NCBI GenBank assembly: GCA_010093815.1
Contig: ML996570.1
Strand: one strand, 5' to 3'
Length of the DNA stretch: 64,000 bases
From: Pseudovirgaria hyperparasitica
Taxonomy: Eukaryota
The notes under the pieces are model-generated. The model ran no database searches. It was not told the DNA's origin and saw only the letters and a list, made by a program, of their open reading frames with translations. Position numbers and translations under genes: made by a program. Below, piece by piece: positions 1-9,607 of the stretch. The number at the start of each line of letters is the position of its first letter. Position 1 is the stretch's first letter.

Positions 1-2
1 TG

Positions 3-95
3 AATGGGGCGTTGGGGCTGGAGAAGGTGGCGGATAAGACGGTGTTGGGGAAGGTGGATGCGGAGAGGGCGGGCGTGGTGTTTTTTCGGTATTGA
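3..95 (+). CDS. Probable 3' end of a gene truncated by the window edge (…NGALGLEKVADKTVLGKVDAERAGVVFFRY*)
   Basis: Frame 3 is open from the window start to TGA at 93-95. The peptide looks protein-like and uses G-ending codons, like the 3' ends of the two neighbouring genes. Family not identified. Confidence 0.4.
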   Translation, partial: NGALGLEKVADKTVLGKVDAERAGVVFFRY

Positions 96-1700
96 GGCTT
101 GCGTTGAGGGGTGTTGGATACTACCTGCGTGTATGGCGAATATTGTATGGTATGGTATGGTATGGCATTTACGAGTCGTCAAGAGTCTACGCACAGCGCC
201 GTTGCTTATCATCATCATCACCCCCTTCAAAGCCGCACCCCATCACCGCAGCCCATCACCGCTCCTCCCCACCACGACGACGACGACAAAGCATGCGAAC
301 ATAGAAGGTCACGCTGTTAAAACACCCTCCCCAACAACAAGAAGCATCGCATGTGGTTGTCTACATACGGACATCGATCTTTATGTCAAGCTTGAGTACG
401 GGAGGAAAAGGGGAGGAGGGAGAGGGCGATGGATATGTATATGCGTAGATAGGTATGGGTCTGGGTCTGGGTATAGGTATAGGCACAGAAATACAACACG
501 CGCATCTGGCATGAATGACGGGTACGCCCGCGTGTCGAGTCAAGCCAAAGGCGTGAAAAGCACGTACCACAATCCACGCAGCGTTGGTCATTCACACTGC
601 ACAACGTGACCCTGCACAACGTCACGTACCCGACAACGACCATTCAATACATATATATAAATACCCAAACCTCAACAGCCCTACCTAATTACTTTCCTAC
701 CTACCTCCCCACAAGGCGACTCAGTGACTCAGTGACTCAGTGCACGCAAGACCTGCCTACGAGAGGCATCTATGGTTGTTATGTGCAGGCTTAGAGATTG
801 GAAAGGGATGGATGGGTCGTGCTTGGGGCGGGTTGAGGTCGAGGTGTATGATGTGTGTGTGTGCGTGTGGGTGGACTCGTGGTGGAGGGCATTGGCGGGG
901 TGTGGTGGTGGAGGTTGTTGTTGTGTGATGGTGGTGGAGGTTGTTGTGTGATTGGGGTTGTGTGATGATGATAATTATGGTGGTGGTGATGATGATGGTT
1001 GTTGTTGTGTGGTGGTGGTTGTTGTTGTGTAATAGTAGTGATAGTAACAATGATTGTATATGTGTGTGAGAAGTCAAGATACAAAGTACAGGCACAGCAA
1101 ACACAGTGCGATTCACGCCAGTTCACTCCTTATCATGTAATGTCAAGTCAAGTCAAGTCACTTCACGCCAAATAAAGCCATGTAATGTCAAACAATCCCA
1201 CATCCAATTGATGGTAAATAAGTATATATCGTCGCCGTATATATATATCTTCTTCTCCTTCATCTACTTTTCATCCCCTATCCCATCCTATCCCCTTTCT
1301 CATCCCATCCCCATCCCATCCCAACCCAACCCAACCCAAACCCAAACAAGTATACAAATTACAACAAGACTGTACAGTCCCGCGTGGGTATATATATAAA
1401 GTAAAAAGAAATAAAAAACACAAAAGCACCACTCGCGTCCCATATAGATAGATATGGTAGCCGCGATGATGACGATGATGACGATGGTAATCATCATCAG
1501 AGAAAAGAAAAGAAAAAGAAAAAAGAGACATGAATGCCCAGGAGCCGGATCCCGAGACTTCCGGCGATGAGCTGAGCTGAGCTGAGCTGAGATGGATGGA
1601 TGGATAGAGACGGATCAAGATCCCCGCTATGCAAACCCGAAACCCGCAGCCGAGAAATTGAAAAACCCGCGCGTCCACGACAGACACCCCAACCCATCCC
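96..1700. repeat. Microsatellite-dense intergenic region
   Basis: (ATGGT)n ~147-165, (TCAGTGAC)-type repeat ~717-743, GGT/GTT/GAT triplet runs 900-1050, (GTCAA)n ~1142-1160, (CCCAT)/(CCCAA) 1300-1345, (AGCTG)n ~1569-1591. Confidence 0.85.
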
Positions 1701-1708
1701 CAAACCCC

Positions 1709-3871
1709 CTAAATCAACAAACAATCCCACCCCTTCCTCCGCATAACATCCCTCCAATGCACACTCCCCCCACCAACACCACCAACCCCACAATCCGCAT
1801 CCGCCTCCGCCCAAACCTCCGCCAACAAAATCCCCACCCGACCAAAACTTCCCTCGGCGCCCCCAACAACCCCCTCCTCACCCATGCGCGCCGCCCTCGC
1901 CGCAAACATGCCGCGAAACGCACTATCCGGCAGCGCCACCGAGCCAGCCACAAGCAGCGGCCAGGCAAGACACTTGTCGAAGGCGACGGGGATGAAAGCC
2001 ATAGCATCGACGAGCGCGGAGACCAGCGATGTGATGGAGGCGCTGGTGCGGTCAATGTCCGGGATGAGGCCGCAGAGGGCGATGCGCGCGGCGAGGCGGA
2101 AGACGGCTGTGATGGCGCGGCTGAGGTGTTTGGGGCGGATGGCGCCTGTTGGGCTGTAGGGGGAGGATAGGGCGGATGTGGAAGCTGTGGAAGAGGAGGA
2201 GGTAGTCTCCGTCAGACTGATCTGGTCGCCGAGGAGCTTAATGTGGGAGCAGAGGGTGACGTCGTCCATGCCGTCGGCCTTGAGGGCCTCGAGACAGGCG
2301 ATTTCGGAAATCAGGTACATGACGCGGTCGTCGCAGCCCATGAGCTCGGCGAGGCCGGACGGGGCGTCGGCGATGAGTTTCTCGCGGTAGGTGTCTGCGA
2401 AGACGGGGGTGCGGGCGAGCATGGTGGCGCCGAGGATGTCGATCCAGGCGGCGAGGGTCATGTTGAAGGGGGGTTGGTGGGTGTTGGTATTATTCATGGC
2501 CACGAGCTGGGCCGGCAGCTCGAGCTTGTTGAGGAGGTTGGTGACGGCTTGGTAGTGCTGGTGCCAGGGGATGTCGGGGAGGGAGTCGTCCGGGCGGCCG
2601 ACCATGCACTGGAAGAAGATCATGCTGAGGGTGGCCTCGAGGATCTGGGCGTGGTCGACGTCGCGGTTGAGGGCGTCGCAGAGCTCGGAGACGGTGGCGA
2701 AGCGGTGGCGCATAATGTCCTGGTCTATGGAGTCGTCGTTTTCGGTGCCGCTGCCAGCCCTGAGGCCCTTGAGGTGCAGGGCCGCGATGCTGAGGCAGCA
2801 GTGGAGGTAGCACTTGTTCGACTGGAGGGCCGGGAGGATGACGTCGGAGCGGGCGGAGCCGTGCTGGTTGACCTCGAGGATGGGGAAGATGAGGCCGATG
2901 ACGTTGTTGATAAAGTGGTCGAGCAGGTACTGGTCCTCGTCCTCGACCTGGATGACGACGGCCGGGTGGGATGGGGTCAGGGGCGGCTGCCCCTGGGTAA
3001 AGTCAAAGTAGTGAAAGTCGATGGGCTCCTCGGCAAAGGACTCGCGGCGGCTCTCAAAGTAGTCCTGCTGGATCCAGCTGTCGGAGTGGGAGCTGGTGCT
3101 GCCAGGGGCTTGGTATGTGCTAAAGGTTGAGATGCTGGAGTCGCGGCGGGTGGGGACGTCGTTGACAAAGGTCTGGCGCTCCGTCTTGATGTCGACTTCG
3201 TAGGGGACGCAGGGCGGGAAGGGATGGTGGTGGTGGCCGTAGGACGACGGGGCGTACATGGGCGGCGGCGGCGGCAGCATCGAAGTCGAGTCGTAGTACT
3301 CTGGCGACTGCACATGGTGGAAGTGGGGTTGGTGGTGGTGGTGGTGGTGGTTGATCGAGCTGTTATGATCATAGTCGAGCGAGAGCTGCGAGTCGACCGA
3401 GGCGGCGCGGGTGTGAGCAGCGCCGCCGTCCGAGTAGCCATCCGAGGCCGGCAAGGAATGGCATAGACTCGGGGGTGAGTGTGTGGAGGAGCAGGGCGGC
3501 GCGACGGGCTGTGAGGTCTTTTCGGCAAGCTTGGTGCGCTTGATGATGTTCTTGATGAGCTCCTTCTGGTGCCGCCTCTGCTCGTTGTTGCTCCACCAGA
3601 CCGGCCGCTTGTACTCGCACTTCAGGCCGAGATGATTGCAAGCACGACAGCCCGGCTTGCCCTCGTCGCACTTCTTCCTCCGCAGACGGCAAGTGAAGCA
3701 GCCGGTGCGAGACCTTCTGTGCATCTTTGCCTGAGCAGCCTTTGCGGCCTGTGTCTGGGCGGCGGTGGGAGTGGTAGTGATGGTAGTAGTAGTAATAGGA
3801 TTGATAGTGGTGCCGACCATGTTTAAGGGATGTTTGGATATGGACATGGACGGATTGAGCGAGGTAGACAT
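1709..3871 (-). CDS. pro1: Zn(II)2Cys6 transcription factor of the PRO1/NosA/ADV-1 family (sexual development and hyphal fusion regulator); intronless; start at 3871, 3847 or 3820
   Basis: MHRRSRTGCFTCRLRRKKCDEGKPGCRACNHLGLKCEYKRPVWW zinc cluster, followed by PYEVDIKTERQTFVNDVPTRRDSSISTFSTY, a fungal TF domain, and the C-terminus VHWRDVMRRKGWDCLLI typical of this family. Confidence 0.92.
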   Translation of the reverse strand: MSTSLNPSMSISKHPLNMVGTTINPITTTTITTTPTAAQTQAAKAAQAKMHRRSRTGCFTCRLRRKKCDEGKPGCRACNHLGLKCEYKRPVWWSNNEQRRHQKELIKNIIKRTKLAEKTSQPVAPPCSSTHSPPSLCHSLPASDGYSDGGAAHTRAASVDSQLSLDYDHNSSINHHHHHHQPHFHHVQSPEYYDSTSMLPPPPPMYAPSSYGHHHHPFPPCVPYEVDIKTERQTFVNDVPTRRDSSISTFSTYQAPGSTSSHSDSWIQQDYFESRRESFAEEPIDFHYFDFTQGQPPLTPSHPAVVIQVEDEDQYLLDHFINNVIGLIFPILEVNQHGSARSDVILPALQSNKCYLHCCLSIAALHLKGLRAGSGTENDDSIDQDIMRHRFATVSELCDALNRDVDHAQILEATLSMIFFQCMVGRPDDSLPDIPWHQHYQAVTNLLNKLELPAQLVAMNNTNTHQPPFNMTLAAWIDILGATMLARTPVFADTYREKLIADAPSGLAELMGCDDRVMYLISEIACLEALKADGMDDVTLCSHIKLLGDQISLTETTSSSSTASTSALSSPYSPTGAIRPKHLSRAITAVFRLAARIALCGLIPDIDRTSASITSLVSALVDAMAFIPVAFDKCLAWPLLVAGSVALPDSAFRGMFAARAARMGEEGVVGGAEGSFGRVGILLAEVWAEADADCGVGGVGGGSVHWRDVMRRKGWDCLLI

Positions 3872-5421
3872 CGATGGCAGGAATATATGGGGAGAGCTTT
3901 TTTGTTTCGAAAAGACGAGACAGGAGAGCGAGAGTGAGAGTGACAGTAAACAACAATATGAAGTAGCTCGCCGGGAGACTAGACTGGGGTGGGGAGAGAG
4001 AGAGAGGAGGGATCTCCAGTGGTAAGGGACAGTGGGTGTGTGTGTGTGTGTGTGGCTTTGGACCGGCTCTTTGCCTATTAGATGGAAGTTTGGTCTGGGG
4101 GAGGGGGGGTGGCAATAAATTAAAGACTGGATACTGCGAAGCCTGCTTCGAGCTGTGTGTGAATATAGAAAGGAAAGGGAAGGAAAGCGAAACAAGCACG
4201 AGCAAATTACTCGGGACGGCCGTTAGATGGGACTGCTGGAGAAGGAGAGAGAGGTGGTGGAGGTCGAGCAGTATCAAAGTACCTTATATGTTCCGTAAGC
4301 TGCGAGAAATGCACATAAAAAGCCACGGATCTATTCTTAGGCTTGATGGGCCTGTCATGGGGTTGTTGCTGGTGCTGGTGATGGTGCTAGGCTGGAGAGC
4401 AGGTTGGGGCAATAGCAGGCTTGCAGGATGTGTGTGTGTGAGTGGAATGGAGTGCAAATAGCGACTAGTTTGGGATAGTCCAGCGCTTAAGGGGACGGTG
4501 ATTGGGCCAGATGGTGTGCATGTACATGTACAGCAGTGCCGAGAGAGAGATAGTAGTGGTATGTTAGCTATTATGCCATGTATGCTCGGACCGGGACTTG
4601 GGTTGATGTGTGTCTAGGGGGGGGGAGGGGGGTACTGGGGATGGATGCAAAGAAGAGGAGGCTTGTTTGCTGGCCCGCGGACACTATACTGGAGTGAGCA
4701 AGGGAAAGCAAGTCAAATCAGGCAACGGATTGGCTGGATGGGATTACTGTAGTGTAGTATTTAGGGGAGCGGGCGGGGGAACCTATTTTTGCGAGCCGCC
4801 CACCGCCCGTCGGGCAGTCAGGACGAGCGTGTGAGTGGCCAGTGCAGTGCAGATTAGACAGCGGGCAGTAATTAGTAGAGTGGATGGTGGATGGTGGATG
4901 GTGGATAGACTGGATAGTGGGTACAGCAGCAGCAGAGGGCATGTGCATCACACGAAAGAGAAAGGCTAATAAAGTGTCCCGTCGCGTGTCGTCCGTATTT
5001 TCGTATCAGCAACGATGCGACTTGCAAGACATGTAGTTAGAGAGAGGAGGAGGAAGAAGAAGAAGAGGAGAATAGGACAATTAGGCTTCGCGTAAGAAGG
5101 TGAGCGCCCGATAACCAGACTTTTGAGCCAGACTCGGGCCTCCGACTCTCCGACGTGGTGAAGTAGGTGGTGTGAATGAATGGTATAGAGTAGGACAGAG
5201 AGGTGGTGTAGTAATTAGGTAGAAGAAGGTAGTAGTAGTACTGTCGTATCAGCCAGCAAAAGTCGCACGCCGTCTGTGGCTGCTGGACGATGATGGATGA
5301 CAAAGGCGAGGACTGCCATGCTGCCAGCACAACAACCATAGCACATTATCTATTCACTGCCTTTGTAATACCTCCAACAGAAGTGTATGCAGGCTGTGTG
5401 TGTGTGAGTGTGTGAGTGGTG

Positions 5422-5455
<34 letters not shown>

Positions 5456-8313
5456 GGGGGCATGCAGGAATACTGTGTGCTGTGTGTGTGCTGTGTGTGT
5501 TGCTGTGCTGTGCTGTGCTGTACTGTACGGTACTCGGGTACCAGACATACCTGGGGTCTCCAGGTGCAGCAGGCCATTCCCTTCCCTCATCATCACCAAC
5601 TAATTACCATTAATTAATTATTACTCTGTTTGTGCTCAGTGCTCTGTCTGCCTTGTCTCACCAGCACAGGAATGAATATTCGATCGGGTACTAGGTTCGT
5701 AGGTAGTAAGTATGTAGGTATGTTGTAGCCGGGCTGGCCGTTTGTAGTCTGTGCCGAGGTTTGCCTTGATTATTTTTGCCTGATCCACCACCACTGCGGA
5801 TTGCGTGCATCGTCGTCGTCGCGTCGTCGTCGTCTATTAAAAGATCACTAATTAGCTGTCAATAGTCCCGTCGCCTGATCCAATTTAGCGGCTCTTCCAC
5901 TCGGATTCTGCCATAATTAGCTCGCCCATCTTCGCACCCACTTTCACTCCCCACTTTCGCTTCTTCTTCTTCTTCTTCTTCTTCATCTATCAAGTCCAAC
6001 ACTCATCGCGATATTCGCCATCTTCGTCGTCTGATTGGGTACCGGCTGCAATTACCAATATTCCGCCATCTGCGAATCGCAAGCCTGGCCACCATCAAAC
6101 CTGCATCTGCCACTACAACACTAGAACACTCTCCCTGACTCGGGTGTGAAAGCCAGCAGCCACCATCACCACCACCCCCTCCATCCTCCATCCTCCATCC
6201 TCCACTCGTCACTCGTCATGTCCGTCAATCACTCTCTCTCTCTCTCCACTATCATCTATCCACTACCCACTCACTACCTGTTGACCCACTACCCACTACC
6301 CACTACCCACTATCCACTGCTACGACAATCACCAGATCACACGACTCCGCGAATCTCCTTCTTCCAACCCGCCGACTGTTGACCTGGGCTACTCACGAGC
6401 CTCAACGGTCGTCGGCCTTGCCATCCATCCCTAATCTCCCCGTTCGCTTCCTACACTCCTAGCGAGATCAGAACGCCCGGACGAAGAATGAGGCAATTAC
6501 ACGACGAGAGGCTGACTTTTGCTCTCAAATACACTATCCACAGCCCTAACTAATTAGTTATCAACCTTACTGTAATACTTACTGTCCATCCACTCGAGCT
6601 CGTCATCTGGCTGGCCCCGAACTTGATCCGTCGGCTACTTGGCGGGCCGCTAGCTTCTGCCACCTGATCCGTTAATCCTCCATCAATTCCATTCCATCCG
6701 TCACATACATTCTCCATCTTTTCTTGTTCAGCCCTGGGAGGTAATTAGTTTATGGTGTGTTCGTTGCGGATAATGCTCGTGCGCGGTGCTCGTACTTCGT
6801 ACTCAATTTATTTGACTTTACTACTAACTACACTTCTTCCTCTTCCTCTTCTCATCTCTCGGAAAACCACGGCCTACTAGTTAGTTACTTACTGGGCTGC
6901 GATGCATCATCCCATCACATCCGTCAAATCCTACCTTGTTGCTAATTACTGCTGCTGCTGCTGCTGCTACTACTACTGCTTAACCTCTAATTACATCCTG
7001 TGTGAACAATGACAAATACCTTCCCAATCACAAACTATTACACTTTCTCCCATCCTACTACCACCAAACCTCTGCTTCTTACTAATAATCCTTTAGTCTT
7101 TTTTCCTCCTCCTTCCACCTCCCACCTCGTGCCTTTTTTTCGTTTCCTGTCCGACCTGCTCTCGTCACGCGCGCTGTCAAGCTGTGTAGCCTCACTTCCT
7201 GTCGTGTACCCAACAAGGTCGTCTGATGCTCCTTTCACCGCATTAGCCTCCAGTCATGTGAGTGCTGACATGGCCATCAACACGTCCTGCATCGAGACAA
7301 TGTCCGGTCTGCGAGCTTTCTGTGCCTGGAAGAAGAAGAAGTAGATTGAGAAGAAGATGAAGAAGAGCGGTCTGGCCGCGCGCACTCTACTCCGACAGAA
7401 GAGCCGCATGACTACTCCAACTAAATTGCATGCGCTGTAATTCTCCATCATCAATCCAATCCACTTGTTTTTTTTCCCGTCCTTCCTCCCATCTCTGCAT
7501 GCATGCCCCACCATCCGCTTCCGGGCCAAGCTGCAGCAAGACTTTTATTCGCGAAAGAAGATGAAAATGCAACTTTCTTGACCGTACCGGCGGCCTCCAC
7601 GTTGTTCATCATCATGGGACGGCATGCTCTGCTATCCAACACACACACACACACGTTCCAATGTACTTCGCTGCATAGAAGTGGCTTGTCATTCGCTTCT
7701 TCTTCCTCTTCCTCCTCCTCCTCCTCCTCTTCTCTCCTCCCCTGTCGTTTAGTGCTGCAGCCAGGGTCGGCTGCGTGATGGACGGATCCCATCACCTCAA
7801 CCACGGGCCCACCGATATCCTGGTCCTGGTGCGCTCAACCCGGAGAACGGGCGATGACTGACCGGGTATCTTACTGCCCGCCTGTCTAGCTGGATGCGAT
7901 GTTGTAGATGATGGGTCAAACCGTAATTTAGTCTAGTCACATCTTCAGTACATAGCATCAATCAAACACAGGAATATCTATGTAGTAATTAATTAGCAGA
8001 TCAATCTCCCCGTCTGTCCCATGGATGATGCTAGGTGCTGCAGTGCTGTCAATCCAGCCTGAGGCACGCCGCTCCGCCTAACCCCCGACGCCGATGCTCC
8101 CGGTCGATCCCCGTTTGCGACCGTCCATCCATCCATCCAGCCATCCATCCATCATCCCTCATCCATGCACGACGTTTTCCCTAGGTTGGCGGCTAACTTT
8201 GATGGTGATGATGATGATGATGATGATGACGGTGATGGTGATAAGACGATGGTTTGGTTACATTCAAACTTCACACGTCCATCTCACCCTTTCATCTACC
8301 AGACAATTCATAC

Positions 8314-8362
<49 letters not shown>

Positions 8363-9607
8363 CAGCGACCATCTCGTATTCCCTTCAACGGAGCCGACCA
8401 CAAGTCCAGATGCGGGGGCACACGGCTCCACAGCATTATGCCGACTGTTATTGCAGTATCTGGCTAGGTACCTCTCCTCCCTCTCTCCCTCTCCCTCTCA
8501 ACAGAAATCAGAATCATCGACATCGCGATAACGCTGCGTGCCACGGCGACATGCTGTATAACTGCCCTCTTCCCTCCTACAGGGCCGAAACGTGCATGCC
8601 CATCCCGTCCCCCGTCCGTCTGAAGGACGAGCCGAAGCGAGCCAGGGCTAGCGTCCCCGAATGCGGCATAATTAGCACCTGCAGTGTTGCTATTATTACT
8701 TTCTTCGTCACTATTAAGGCCGGACATGCCCTTGGCCTGTTTACCTGCTGCAGCCAATCAATGAAGAGAGGCTGGGGTTATCGATTGAGGTTTGGGTTAC
8801 TTTGAGGACGGGGGAGGGGGGGAGGTGCTTGAATGCATGGATGCATGGATGGTTAGCCATGTCTCTCATGCCTGCCGAGAGCACATCAGCAGGTTAAGCG
8901 CTGGCTAAGCCGTCTATGGGCAGACGTCCGGAGCGGGGACGCGCGATTGGCGGTTGCTTTGACTCGAAAGATCTGATACCCTGTTACCCGAACTGGGATT
9001 GTCCTGCTATTCCCTGCTCTTCTTCTGCTGCTGTGTGTTTGTTGTCGTGCCTGGCTGGCTCTCCACAGACAGACAGACCGACATCACACAACACACACAC
9101 ATTCATCCATCCATTCACAGTGAGCAAATCATCATCGCACTACTCTCTCTGTCTCTCTCCTCCGCCCTCAGCCATCAATACTTCTTGGAATAGCCCAACC
9201 AACCCACTTCCTTTCCGCTGCGGCCGCTACATCCTGTCTGTCTGTCTTCGATCTGTGTCTGGGCGCGCTCCTCCAGCCTATAGCTTCCCACCCTGGTCCG
9301 CCTCATATGCAGCCAACAAGTAGCTCCAACATCGTCTCTTGTATCAACCATCAACCCACCACATACTCTCTCTCTCTCCATCAAAACCCTTCTGCATGCC
9401 CCCCACCCCGTCCTTTGATCCTCTTTCCGCTATTTCGCCCTCCATCCTCGTACAACAACAACAACAGTACTCCTAGGAATACATGTTGATGCATCCACAA
9501 CCGCTGGCGACGGTACTGTAGATATCAACCTCTCTCTCTCTCTCTCTCTCTATTCGTACATAGCCCTATATCACAATCGCCAATATCAGTCACCGCAGCA
9601 AGCCGTC
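3872..9607. promoter_or_regulatory. ~5.7 kb divergent intergenic/regulatory region shared by pro1 and the SAM+PH gene, rich in microsatellites
   Basis: No credible coding ORF. (GA)n 5425-5451, (CTT)n ~5960-5984, (GAT)n ~8206-8229, (CA)n ~8319-8360, (CT)n ~9530-9551, and many TAATTA palindromes. Confidence 0.7.

Noticed and set aside
4..1687. Many ORFs of 60-200 aa in the first 1.7 kb
   Set aside because: Translations are dominated by microsatellite-derived runs (poly-H/T/V) and have no domain motifs.
1592..3130. Long + strand ORFs (192 aa, 295 aa) antisense to pro1
   Set aside because: Shadow ORFs expected from the strong GC3 bias of the real gene.
8094..8805. Three overlapping + strand ORFs with HTHTHT tracts
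   Set aside because: Produced by (CA)n and (GAT)n repeats.
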